Source: Candidatus Latescibacterota bacterium
Lineage (GTDB): Bacteria > Latescibacterota > UBA2968 > UBA8231
Direction: 5' to 3'
Assembly (NCBI GenBank): GCA_965248265.1
Contig: CBDFJF010000001.1
Coordinates: 3,072,001-3,136,000, forward strand
Length of the DNA: 64,000 nucleotides
Below, one piece after another: positions 20,217 through 29,788 of this stretch. The notes under the pieces are model-generated. The model did not search any database. It worked only from the letters and a program-made list of their open reading frames with translations, and was not told the DNA's origin. The translations under genes and the position numbers were made by a program. How positions within the stretch are numbered: the first letter of the stretch is position 1; every line of letters starts with the position of its first letter.

Positions 20217-22103
20217 TTACCTCGTGAGCGGACCCCGCATACGGTCAAGCACCGGCACCGGTGCCGCCAGTTCAATCAGATCGGGCAGATCAAACTCAGC
20301 CAGCAGGCCGAAGCAGAAGAGGGGTGCGGCCTGATCGTATGGGATGGGCCAGTCAATCAATTGATGAAGCGAAACCATCAGGCGATCTGCGCGGTAGAAG
20401 CAGACGCTCTCAGGCTCCAAGGCCGTGGCGATCAAGGCAGCAACGGGAAGCACATTCCCCGTGGCACTTAAGTGCACGGCATCGCAGCGGAAACGTCGGC
20501 GGGCCCAGTCGATCAAGGCGATCAACTGACCGACCTGAATGCCCAACGGGCGCTCACCGGTTGAGGCCAGAACCATCGACAGACGTGAATCGAAGGCGCA
20601 TTCGCCGCTATCGAACAGATCGGCTGCCAGCACCCGCCGGCCATCAGCCAGCGCCGATGTCACGTGGTGCCGCATCCGTTTGCGCCCAGTGTCGCCAACG
20701 ATGATTTCAATTCCCCCGCGCCCACGGCTCGAGGGCGTGAATTCGGTCACCGGTACACTCCACGAACGGTCGAGTCGCAGGATGCTGTGTTGCCACTGCA
20801 GTTCTCGGCGCACTTTCCGACGCCCGATGCTGCGGGCCACGACCTTGTCGAAGCTGACCAGCCGAATGACCTCGCCCAGCTTGCGCCGCGCCGCCGCTTT
20901 CCGTCGACCCGTGAGCAGGCGCCGGCCGTCGGGTCTGGCTGATCGCTGTCGCTTTGTTTTGATGGAGATGAGGTTGTCGCGAGCCAGCGAGTGCAGGGTC
21001 TGATTGTTGGCGGGAAGCCCCGTGTTGAGCTCGGCCTCCGTCAAGATCTCGCTTTCCCAGGGCAATTCCTCATCCGGGGTATCCAGGTCGAAGTGGCGGT
21101 TCAGGAAGCGGTACAGCTGCTCGCGGTTGTTGCGATCATAGTTGTGAACACGCGGATCCACACAATCGTAGAGCACGAAGTTGTCAGCCGCATCCAACAG
21201 CTCGAATACCGGTTTCACCGGCAGGTACACGGACTTGCGGGTCCGTTTGGTCTGAAAGCAGCAATCGTCATAGCGGTTGTAGATCAACAGCGTTGGCCTT
21301 GGCGCGAACAGGGCCGTAAGAACGTCGTAATCGACGATGGAACAGAAATCAGATGGTACTTGTTCGAGGTCGCCGATGTCATCCATGCAGGTACGTCGTT
21401 GCCACACGGGTGAGTAACCGGCTACCGGAACGATGACGCGGACACGTTCATCCAGGGCGCTCAGCAGGGCCGTCTGCCATCCTCCTCCAGACAGTCCCGT
21501 CATCGCTACTCTGTCATGGTCGGCGCGTGGGCGCGCAAGCAGCACGTCCAGACCGCGTTTCATCACGAGGTAGAAAACACCGATTCCGGCGATGCCGCAC
21601 AGATCCAGCAGGCCGATGCGGTTGTGGTCGCTGTCAGCCCGCAACTCGCCCATGCCGATGAACTCCGTCGATAGCGCCAGCATGCCGCGTTTGGCAAGGT
21701 TGATGCAGCGAGCCTGCTTGTAGTCCATGGCCTTGCCGCCCACGTGGTGGCCATTGGGGTTGAGGACGACCGGCAGTTTACCTCGTCCGGGCAGAGTCGG
21801 CTCGTACAACAACGCCGGCACCCACATCCCGGGGTAACCTTCGTAGGTCAGCTTTCTGATGCGGTAACCGGCGCCGGTTTCGATAACGCCGGTCTCACGA
21901 ACCCGTGGCGGCTCCTTCAACAATCCTTCGGCGTGGCCGCGAAACAAAAGCTTCAGAACATTCGTACGAAATGCCTTTGCCTGTTTTAGCCAGACGCTAC
22001 GGGACTTCGGAAGCTCCAGTGGCTGCAGCCGCCGTCCTGCATAAGCGATGAGTTCGCGACTAGCGCTGCCGCCGATCAGTTTTCTGGCCAGTGCTTCTTC
22101 CAA
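20217..22103 (-). CDS. Alpha/beta hydrolase, acetylxylan-esterase-like
   Basis: VPALLYEP, PVVLNPNGH, nucleophile elbow TGLSGGG, APRP. Start uncertain (TTG). Confidence 0.8.
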   Translation of the reverse strand: MEEALARKLIGGSASRELIAYAGRRLQPLELPKSRSVWLKQAKAFRTNVLKLLFRGHAEGLLKEPPRVRETGVIETGAGYRIRKLTYEGYPGMWVPALLYEPTLPGRGKLPVVLNPNGHHVGGKAMDYKQARCINLAKRGMLALSTEFIGMGELRADSDHNRIGLLDLCGIAGIGVFYLVMKRGLDVLLARPRADHDRVAMTGLSGGGWQTALLSALDERVRVIVPVAGYSPVWQRRTCMDDIGDLEQVPSDFCSIVDYDVLTALFAPRPTLLIYNRYDDCCFQTKRTRKSVYLPVKPVFELLDAADNFVLYDCVDPRVHNYDRNNREQLYRFLNRHFDLDTPDEELPWESEILTEAELNTGLPANNQTLHSLARDNLISIKTKRQRSARPDGRRLLTGRRKAAARRKLGEVIRLVSFDKVVARSIGRRKVRRELQWQHSILRLDRSWSVPVTEFTPSSRGRGGIEIIVGDTGRKRMRHHVTSALADGRRVLAADLFDSGECAFDSRLSMVLASTGERPLGIQVGQLIALIDWARRRFRCDAVHLSATGNVLPVAALIATALEPESVCFYRADRLMVSLHQLIDWPIPYDQAAPLFCFGLLAEFDLPDLIELAAPVPVLDRMRGPLTR

Positions 22104-22142
22104 GGGGGACTTTCAGTGGTCGGAAGGATACGTCGGAGGGAA

Positions 22143-22177
22143 TAGCAAAACGGGGCGACCGACAGAGTCGGCGCCCC
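22143..22177 (-). terminator. Intrinsic terminator after the 66-aa gene
   Basis: Minus strand reads GGGGCGCCGAC-TCT-GTCGG(T)CGCCCC (11-bp stem, one bulge), followed by GTTTTGCTA. Confidence 0.65.
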
Positions 22178-22225
22178 ACAAGGTCCTGCTCAGTAAAAGT
22201 GGATACGAATTCGGCGGAGAAGGTC

Positions 22226-22426
22226 CTACTTGTTGGATCTTTTCAAGACTGGCAGACCGTTCTTGCTCTCGGAAACCTCATAGCCATCAGGAACGGCGTC
22301 CAATGAGCCTTCCCTTTCTTCCTTAGCGAAGAAATAGATGGTCTGAGAGTTTCCGTTCTTAAGGGTCGTTGTCTTGGAATGAAGTAAATACGACTTGCCC
22401 TTGGAATTCGTAAACGAGAATGCCAT
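22226..22426 (-). CDS. Small basic conserved-looking hypothetical protein (66 aa)
   Basis: MAFSFTNSKGKSYLLHSK...TIYFFAKE...GYEVSESKNGLPVLKR; AAAGGAG SD, upstream TATAAT and downstream terminator. Confidence 0.8.
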   Translation of the reverse strand: MAFSFTNSKGKSYLLHSKTTTLKNGNSQTIYFFAKEEREGSLDAVPDGYEVSESKNGLPVLKRSNK

Positions 22427-22485
22427 GGAGCCAGCTCCTTTCAATATTAGACAAATGTATTCGACATCGCCGAGTCTTCCTAGCT

Positions 22486-22515
22486 ATTATACCGAAAATT
22501 CCCGAAATCTGCCAT
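22486..22515 (-). promoter_or_regulatory. Putative sigma70 promoter for the 66-aa gene
   Basis: Minus strand ATGGCA-18 nt-TATAAT (-10 at 22491-22486). Confidence 0.5.
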
Positions 22516-22554
22516 GTATGACCCATGGCCGTACACGACGCATCAGGACAAACC

Positions 22555-23316
22555 ATGAAGCTGATTGAATCCACGGAGAATGCATTCGGGGGAGTTATCA
22601 TCGAACCGGCGGCATTGCAGGCGGATCCCGCCGAGTTTGACAGGATGCTGGCGTACTCGATCGAGGCCTGGAAGCAGGCCGACTACCGCGTGGCGTGGCT
22701 GCAGGTACCGATTGAGCACTCGCAACTCATTCCGATCGCTGTCGAACAGGGTTTCACCTTTCATCACAGCGAAGAAGACTACCTGATGATGACGCATCAG
22801 CTTGAAGAAGGTGCGTTCGTCCCGGCGCACGCCTCCCACTACATCGGCGCCGGCGGTGTCACCATCAACGACAAACGCGAACTGCTGGTGGTGAGCGAGC
22901 GTTACCATCGACAGAAGAGTGACGGACCTCCTCGTTACAAACTGCCTGGTGGCGCGTTGCACGCCGGAGAGCACCTGGTCGAAGGTGTCATCAGGGAGGT
23001 TAAGGAAGAGACGGGAGTTGATACCGAGTTCGACGCACTCGTCTGTTTTCGTCACTGGCACGGGTATCGATATGGCAAGTCGGACATTTACTTCGTGTGT
23101 CGCCTGCATCCGGTAAGCCATGAGATTTCCATTCAGGCGGAAGAGATCGCGGAGAGTCTGTGGATGCCGGTGGAAGACTACCTGGGGGCGGAGAACGTGA
23201 GCGTTTTCAACAAGAAAATCGTGGCTGCCGCTATGGACAGTTCAGGGATTACGCCGACACCCGTGGATGGCTATGGGGATCCCGAGCGCTACGAGTTTTT
23301 CATGCCCTCGATATGA
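22555..23316 (+). CDS. Nudix hydrolase, NUDT6/plant NUDT2-like with pre-Nudix domain
   Basis: N-domain WLQVP..S.LIP.AVE.GF.FHH.E; Nudix box GGALHAGEHLVEGVIREVKEETG; SDIYF. Confidence 0.85.
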   Translation: MKLIESTENAFGGVIIEPAALQADPAEFDRMLAYSIEAWKQADYRVAWLQVPIEHSQLIPIAVEQGFTFHHSEEDYLMMTHQLEEGAFVPAHASHYIGAGGVTINDKRELLVVSERYHRQKSDGPPRYKLPGGALHAGEHLVEGVIREVKEETGVDTEFDALVCFRHWHGYRYGKSDIYFVCRLHPVSHEISIQAEEIAESLWMPVEDYLGAENVSVFNKKIVAAAMDSSGITPTPVDGYGDPERYEFFMPSI

Positions 23317-23323
23317 CATAACA

Positions 23324-23375
23324 GCGACTGCCCGTCGCCTGGCTTGGCGACTGCCCGTCGCCTGGGTGGCGACGG
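23324..23375. repeat. Tandem 19-bp palindromic repeat (23-bp period) between convergent genes
   Basis: GCGACTGCCCGTCGCCTGG at 23324-23342 and 23347-23365; alternative hairpin CCGTCGCC-TGGGT-GGCGACGG at 23355-23375. Confidence 0.75.
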
Positions 23376-23378
23376 TTG

Positions 23379-24371
23379 CTATTTCAGGTCCAGTTTCTCG
23401 AGCACTTCTGGATTGACCACGTGTTCGGGAACCCTGCCCTGCAACATCGCCAGCACCTCACGACCGGCCATCAGGTTCATCTCACGTCGTGCCGTCACCG
23501 TATTCGAACCCGCATGGGGCATGGCGATGACGCGCTCGTGCTCGACGAGTTCGCTGGAAATCCCAACCGGCGGCTCTGTTGCCTGGCAGTCCAACCCCGC
23601 GCCGGCGATATGGCCGGTGGTCAGAGCCTCGAGCAGGGCCTCTTCATCGACCAATCCTCCACGGGCGGTATTGATGAAGAAGCTGCCCGCTTTCATGCGC
23701 GTGAGAAAGTCGGCGTTGACGATCTTCTCGTTTTCAGTCGTGGAGGGGATGTGGAGGGTGATCGCGTCAGATTCGCTCAGTAACTGGTCCATGGTCGCCG
23801 GGGTGGCACCGAGTTCGCGAATCGATGACTCCTCGACCCAGGGATCGTGCACCAGTATGGCCATCTTGAATCCCCGGGCACGGCGTACGACCTCCGCTGC
23901 GATGCGGCCCCCGCCAAGCAAGCCCAAGGTCATCGAGCACAGGTCCTCGCCCATCGGTACCTGGTACTGGCCGGCCTTGACGTTCGCGCTTCCCGCGGGG
24001 ATGCGCCGGACCAGTGCCAGCAGGAGACCGAGGGTCTCGTCGGCGACCGCGTTGGCCATGACACCGGGGGTGTTGACGACGACGATGCCGCGTTGAGTGC
24101 AGGCCTGCAGATCGACCTGGTCGTAGCCAACGCCGTTGCGGGCTACGATCCGCAGTCGTTCGGCCTTTTCGAGGGTGAAATCATTGATCCGGTCGCCACC
24201 GGCAATGATGGCGTCGACGCCCTCGAGTTTCTCCCGGGTCTTCGCCTGCGGTTGCCCTGGGGCGGTGCGAGCGCAAACTACCTCAAACCCCGCCTCTTCC
24301 AACATGGCTTGTGCCGGAGGTACACCGCCGAAATCAAGCCCGGCTGTGAACAACACTTTCGGTGTAGGCAT
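23379..24371 (-). CDS. D-isomer-specific 2-hydroxyacid dehydrogenase (SerA-like, no ACT domain)
   Basis: ARNGVGYD, GGGRI, INTARG, EPP, PHAG. Confidence 0.9.
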   Translation of the reverse strand: MPTPKVLFTAGLDFGGVPPAQAMLEEAGFEVVCARTAPGQPQAKTREKLEGVDAIIAGGDRINDFTLEKAERLRIVARNGVGYDQVDLQACTQRGIVVVNTPGVMANAVADETLGLLLALVRRIPAGSANVKAGQYQVPMGEDLCSMTLGLLGGGRIAAEVVRRARGFKMAILVHDPWVEESSIRELGATPATMDQLLSESDAITLHIPSTTENEKIVNADFLTRMKAGSFFINTARGGLVDEEALLEALTTGHIAGAGLDCQATEPPVGISSELVEHERVIAMPHAGSNTVTARREMNLMAGREVLAMLQGRVPEHVVNPEVLEKLDLK

Positions 24372-24500
24372 AGCTATCGCGATCGGGAGTCTGGTGATTT
24401 TGGTCAGGGCTTGGAGCAGACCATATCTTAATTGTTACGGATCATCGTCTGGTCCGAGATGAAGCGAACTAATTAAATGGGAGATTATTCCCTGTCAACG

Positions 24501-25067
24501 ATGAGTACGCGAAAAAAACCGAGTGACTGTGAGAAACTGGCGGGAGGTTTCCGTTTACTGCTGCTCTTCGCTGTCCTGTCCGCATGCGGCTCCGGTTTGC
24601 TGCGCAAGGAGATCGTCTTCACGCAAGCGGATCTGCAGTCCAAGGTCGAGAAGAGCTTCCCGGTCAACAAAAAGAAACGACTAGTCAAGGTCGAACTCAG
24701 CAACCCGAGCATCCTGCTGGCAGCCGGATCGGAACGTATAGGCATGCGGCTGCAGATCGCCGCGGCCTTGCCGGGAATGGGCACGGTAACCGGTTCAGCA
24801 GAGGCCGACGGGGACCTGGTGTACCGATCCGACCATGGGAAGATCGCCATCACCAATGCAAAACTGCGCCAACTGGATATCGGCGAAGTGCCTTTGGCAT
24901 ATCGCAAAACGGTTGAGGCCATCGCAGCCAGTTTGACAAAGAGGTACCTCTCCGACGTCACCATCTACACATTGAACCAGGACGAGTTCAAGGAATCGTT
25001 GGCGAAATTGATATTGCGCACCATAGCGGTCGAGGACGGCCGCGTTGTCGTGGAAATCGGACTCTGA
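24501..25067 (+). CDS. DUF1439 (YceB-like) lipoprotein
   Basis: Lipobox LSAC, FTQADLQSKVEKSFP, C-terminal I.VEDGRVVV. Start could also be 24477. Confidence 0.72.
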   Translation: MSTRKKPSDCEKLAGGFRLLLLFAVLSACGSGLLRKEIVFTQADLQSKVEKSFPVNKKKRLVKVELSNPSILLAAGSERIGMRLQIAAALPGMGTVTGSAEADGDLVYRSDHGKIAITNAKLRQLDIGEVPLAYRKTVEAIAASLTKRYLSDVTIYTLNQDEFKESLAKLILRTIAVEDGRVVVEIGL

Positions 25068-25068
25068 T

Positions 25069-26142
25069 ATGCCTCACTCGACGGACGACCTTCGTATAGC
25101 AAACCTCAAGCCGCTGATCCCGCCAGCCATCCTGATGGAGGAGCTGCCGGTGGAGGAGACGGCCGGTCTCACGGTGAGTAAGGCACGGCATCAAATTCGC
25201 GAGATCCTCGAAGGCAGGGACGATCGTCTCGTCGTCGTCGTCGGCCCCTGTTCCATCCACGACACGGGCGCAGCCACAGAGTACGCCCAGCGCCTGGCGA
25301 AACAGGCAGCCGAGCTCAACGCCGCACTCCTCGTCATCATGCGGGTTTACTTCGAGAAACCGAGAACGACGGTCGGTTGGAAGGGGTTGATAAACGATCC
25401 GCATCTGGACAATCGTTTTTCAATCAACGAAGGGCTGCGCATTGGCCGCCGGTTGCTACTCGACCTTGCGAATATGGGGATGCCGGCCGGCTGCGAATTC
25501 CTCGATACCATCATGCCGCAATTCCTGGCCGACCTGGTTTCGTGGGGGGCCATCGGAGCGCGGACGACCGAGAGTCAGGTCCACCGCGAGTTGGCGTCGG
25601 GTCTGTCGATGCCGGTCGGATTCAAGAACGGCACCGACGGCAACACCCAAATTGCTGTGGACGCCATCAAGGCAGCGCGAGATCCGCACCATTTCTTGTC
25701 AGTAACCAAGCAGGGCATTTCCGCGATCGTGGCGACGGCGGGCAATGACTGTTGCCACGTGATTCTGCGGGGCTCGACCCATGGGCATAACTACGATAAA
25801 CGCAGCGTGGACATTCTTGCGGATACCCTGCGTGTGGCCGATTTGCCTTTTCGGTTGATGACGGACTGCAGTCATGGCAATAGTGAGAAAGACGCCAGTC
25901 GGCAGCCTCATGTGGCTGACGAAATCGCCGGCCAGATCGGTGGAGGCTCAGACAACATCTTCGGAGTCATGCTGGAGAGTCACCTCGTCGAGGGCCGCCA
26001 GGATCTCGCCGATGGCAAAGCGCTCGTCTACGGGCAAAGCATCACCGATGCCTGTATCTCTTGGGAGACCACCGAGCAGGTATTGGCTGATCTTGCCGAG
26101 GCGGTCGAAGAACGTCGAGCCACGAAGCGCTCCACATCCTGA
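25069..26142 (+). CDS. aroG: 3-deoxy-7-phosphoheptulonate (DAHP) synthase, class I alpha
   Basis: GPCSIHD, RVYFEKPRTTVGWKG, IGARTTESQ, DCSHGN, SITDAC. The aroF/G/H isoform cannot be resolved. Confidence 0.93.
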   Translation: MPHSTDDLRIANLKPLIPPAILMEELPVEETAGLTVSKARHQIREILEGRDDRLVVVVGPCSIHDTGAATEYAQRLAKQAAELNAALLVIMRVYFEKPRTTVGWKGLINDPHLDNRFSINEGLRIGRRLLLDLANMGMPAGCEFLDTIMPQFLADLVSWGAIGARTTESQVHRELASGLSMPVGFKNGTDGNTQIAVDAIKAARDPHHFLSVTKQGISAIVATAGNDCCHVILRGSTHGHNYDKRSVDILADTLRVADLPFRLMTDCSHGNSEKDASRQPHVADEIAGQIGGGSDNIFGVMLESHLVEGRQDLADGKALVYGQSITDACISWETTEQVLADLAEAVEERRATKRSTS

Positions 26143-26153
26143 ATACTTCCAGA

Positions 26154-27336
26154 TTGAACCGACCCTCGATTGACCTCGGCCTGCTGGTCGTATCCGAGGC
26201 CATGAATCGGACCAGTACGCTCATCGTCCTGGCTGCGTTGGCGCTGGCAAGTCGCCAACTCGGACCGCCGGCCGCTCTCACCACCTTGCCCGTGGCGTTA
26301 TTGATGGTTGCCACGATGGTGACGACGGTGCCTGCCGCTCATCTGATGAGGCGTTGGGGGAGAAAGCCAGGCTTCCTGCTCGGGGCTGGCCTGGGTGTGG
26401 CCGGAGCGGGTGTCTGCACGGCAGCACTTCTGCAGAGTCACTTCGTGTCGCTGTGCATGGGCGCCTTCATCCTTGGCGGGGTGAACGGATTCGCCACCTA
26501 CTACCGCTTCGCAGCCGCCGAGACGGCAGCCGACGACGCCAAGCGCAGGAGCAAGGCGATTTCCCTGGTCATGGCCGGTGGCATCGTCGGGGCCCTGCTC
26601 GGGTCCTATCTATCGACCTACTTCAAGGATTGGATCCCGGATCATCCCTTCGCCGGCAGCTTCATCTGCGTCGGCGCGGTGCAGCTATTGGTGCTGATCA
26701 CGCTGTCGTTCGTGTCGCTGCCAAAGGCGTCCACGTCCGTGTCAGAATCTTCTGGCCGGTCGCTGCGGGAGCTTGCCCGACAGCCCTACCTGTTGATCGC
26801 CGTCCTCGGCGCCGTGACCAGCTGGAGCTTGATGTCCTTGCTCATGCATGCCACTCCGCTGGCCATGGCGCGCGTCGAGCACTCCTTCGCCGACACCACG
26901 CAAGTCATCATGTGGCACGCCCTTGGCATGTACGGGCCCTCTTTCGTCACCGGCCACCTCATCGCTCGCTTTGGCGAAATGAAATTGATGGTGAGCGGTT
27001 TTGTCCTCATCGGGGCCGCTGCCTCGATCAATCTCGGCGGCACCAGCTATATCTACTTCTTGAGTGGACTGACCGTGCTGGGGCTTGGGTGGAACTTCCT
27101 CTTCGTGAGCTCGACGTCTTTGCTAACCGCGACCTACACTCAAGGAGAAGGTGCGAAGGTGCAGTCAGCCAATGACTTCTCCATCTTCGCCGTGTGGGCT
27201 TGGCGACGGGCCCACTCGGCACCACGTGGGTTGGGACGGGATCAACCGCCTGGCTCTGGTCATCCTTGGTGTGGCGTGTGTGAGTTGTGTCGTGCTGCGC
27301 CTGAGGGCACGGGGACCATTGACGATCAGTCAGTGA
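26154..27336 (+). pseudogene. MFS transporter with apparent frameshift(s) near 27190-27220 (pseudogene or consensus error)
   Basis: MFS motifs MRRWGRK, YRFAAAE, GLGWNF, VQSANDF. The last helix (HHVGWDGINRLALVILGVAC) continues in a different frame and ends at 27336. Confidence 0.65.
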
Positions 27337-29692
27337 CCCAAAATCCGGACACGGCTTGGCGGATCTGGGCAGCGCTGTCGACGCGTTCGACAGCGCCCCA
27401 GTGTGCGGGGAAAAGCTCGAGGTAGGAAGGCTGCGCGAAGCGGCGGTCGACGAGGACGATGACTCCACGATCCTCAGCTGAGCGAATGACCCGGCCGGCC
27501 GCCTGCAGTACTCGATTCATTCCCGGAAAAGCGTAGCCGTAGGAGAACCCGGAGATTCCCTTCTCGTCGTAGTAGCCCCGAATGAGGTCGCGCTCCAGGC
27601 AGATCTGCGGCAAGCCGACGCCGACGATGATGGCACCGACCAGACGCTCGCCCATCAGATCGATGCCCTCCCCGAAGATGCCGCCCATGACCGCGAAGCC
27701 GATGACGGTGTGCTGGTTGTCGGCGGCGAACAATTCTAGAAAGTCCGCCTTCTGAGACTCAGACATACGGCTGTGTTGGGATACCGTACTCACATCAGGT
27801 CGCAGAGTCTGGAAGCGCGCGTAGACTTCCTCCAGGTACTTGTAGGATGGGAAGTACGCCATGTAATTACCCGTCTTCGATTCAGTGGCGGCCGCGATGG
27901 AGGCGGCGACCTCGTCGTAGAACAGGTGACGCTGGCGGTAGGTTGTGTCGACGTGCTCGGCGAGGATGACCTTTACGTTGTGGGTAGGGAAGGGAGAGGG
28001 CAGCGCCAGGTTGAAATCACTCAACTCGCCGCCCAGCAGATCCCGGTAGTAGTCGATCGGTGCCAGCGTGGCAGAGAAGAACGCCGAGGCGACACCCCGC
28101 TTGAGCGCCTGCCGAATTTGATCCGATGGATCGAGGCAGTACAGGCGCAGTCTCAGGTCGCGGCTCAATTTTTCCGCGTAGGTGACGTAGTGCTCGTCAA
28201 ACAGCTCGGCCACGCGGAGGAATCCGAAGGCGGCGAAGTACAACTCCCTGAGTGGGTCGGCTGCATCAGCTGACAGCTTCGACGACAACACGGGCTCTGC
28301 TTCATCGAGAAACCGCTGGAGCAACGGCAGCAATTCGGCCGGTAATTCCCGCTCGAGCAGCGACTCCCCATCCCCTTCTGTTTCGCAGCGACGCTGCTGA
28401 GCCAGCAGGTAGCGGTTGAGATTCCCGAGGATTCGCTTGAGCGTCGAGTGACCCTCTGCCAGGGCCTTCGACGCTCGCAGCACGCCTGATTTGTGCAACT
28501 CGGCCGAGTACATCTCCCTGGCTCGATCGACCAGGTTGTGGGCCTCGTCAATGAGGAAGGCGTAGACTCCTCCCCCCTCAGCGAAGTAGCGTTTCAGGTA
28601 CACCCGGGGATCGAAAACGTAGTTGTAGTCACAGATGATGCTGTCGCAGTGCTCGGAGATGTCCAGGGACAGCTCGAACGGACACACCTGGTGCCGCCGC
28701 GCCACGTCTTCAACAACTGGGCGTGTCAACGCATCGTGGTGAAACAGGTCTTCGAGTGCGTCGTTGAGCCGATCGTAATAGCCTATGGCGAATTCGCAGG
28801 TTTCCTGATCGCACGGCTGCCCACCGCGGGCGTTGAAACAGACTCGGTCGCGGGCCGTCAGGGTGAGACTCTTGATCTTGAGTCCGCCGGTGCGCAGATC
28901 GTCGAAAGCCTTTTCGGCGGCGATGCGTCCGCTCGTCTTCGCGGTCAGGAAGAACACCTTCTCGATGCGGCGCTTCCCCAACGCCCTTGCCGCTGGAAAC
29001 AGGACTGAGATGGTCTTGCCGATTCCGGTTGGTGCCTGGGCATAGAGGGTGCCGCCTGCATCGATGGTCTCGCCCACGGTGGTTTGCAGCTCCTGCTGGC
29101 CCTCCCGCATCGAGGGGAAAGGGAAGCGGAGGGATTCGACCGAGCGGTCGCGCTCCTGACACCAGGAGTGGTAGGCGTTTGTCCATCTGAGATAACGGGC
29201 GATAACCAGATCGAAAAACGAAGCCAACTCTTCCAATTTGAAATCCCTGCGATCTTCAACCAAAGCTCCGGTGCCAAGTTGGACGTAGGTAAGCTGGATC
29301 TGGACTACTTTGAGTTGGCCCTGAACTCCGAGGATGTAGGCGTAGATTTTTGCCTGCGCCCAGTGCACGGGATTGTCCTTGCGGGCGGGATCCGGTGCCC
29401 GTGAAGTGCTCTTGATTTCCTCGATGAGCAGATCGTTACCGCGGCGCACCAGTCCATCCACGCGTCCACTGATCTCGAGCGAGAGGGGCTCACCTTCGTG
29501 CAGGATACTGACGGCGACCTCGGACTCGTAATCTTCCGGGCGGCTGCTCTGGACGAGTTGGTGGGCACGAGTACCGGCTACAGCACGGGCAGCGGATACG
29601 AAGGGTGCAGCGAGGTCTCCCGAGCGGAAGACGAACTCCACTAATTCACGAACTGAGATTTGTATTACTTCAGACAAACGGACGGATTTCAC
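27326..29692 (-). CDS. XPD/DinG-family Fe-S DNA helicase with N-terminal PD-(D/E)XK nuclease domain
   Basis: GRVDG..IEEIKS..WAQAKIY nuclease; APTGIGKT; Fe-S Cys set (VCF..PC..TC..VCP); IDEAHN; SATL; QAAGRVIR. Confidence 0.9.
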   Translation of the reverse strand: MKSVRLSEVIQISVRELVEFVFRSGDLAAPFVSAARAVAGTRAHQLVQSSRPEDYESEVAVSILHEGEPLSLEISGRVDGLVRRGNDLLIEEIKSTSRAPDPARKDNPVHWAQAKIYAYILGVQGQLKVVQIQLTYVQLGTGALVEDRRDFKLEELASFFDLVIARYLRWTNAYHSWCQERDRSVESLRFPFPSMREGQQELQTTVGETIDAGGTLYAQAPTGIGKTISVLFPAARALGKRRIEKVFFLTAKTSGRIAAEKAFDDLRTGGLKIKSLTLTARDRVCFNARGGQPCDQETCEFAIGYYDRLNDALEDLFHHDALTRPVVEDVARRHQVCPFELSLDISEHCDSIICDYNYVFDPRVYLKRYFAEGGGVYAFLIDEAHNLVDRAREMYSAELHKSGVLRASKALAEGHSTLKRILGNLNRYLLAQQRRCETEGDGESLLERELPAELLPLLQRFLDEAEPVLSSKLSADAADPLRELYFAAFGFLRVAELFDEHYVTYAEKLSRDLRLRLYCLDPSDQIRQALKRGVASAFFSATLAPIDYYRDLLGGELSDFNLALPSPFPTHNVKVILAEHVDTTYRQRHLFYDEVAASIAAATESKTGNYMAYFPSYKYLEEVYARFQTLRPDVSTVSQHSRMSESQKADFLELFAADNQHTVIGFAVMGGIFGEGIDLMGERLVGAIIVGVGLPQICLERDLIRGYYDEKGISGFSYGYAFPGMNRVLQAAGRVIRSAEDRGVIVLVDRRFAQPSYLELFPAHWGAVERVDSAAQIRQAVSGFWVTD

Positions 29693-29788
29693 CGAATTCG
29701 TCGGGAGGTATAAAATGGACCGGTTGAATATAACCGATTAGCTTATCCGCTCCTGACAGGGACAAGACAGCGAAGGGAGCTGGGAGAG

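Noticed and set aside
27326-29692. Cas4-like nuclease plus DinG as a type IV CRISPR component
   Set aside because: No cas genes or array nearby, the nuclease domain lacks Cas4 Fe-S cysteines, and the neighbours are housekeeping genes.
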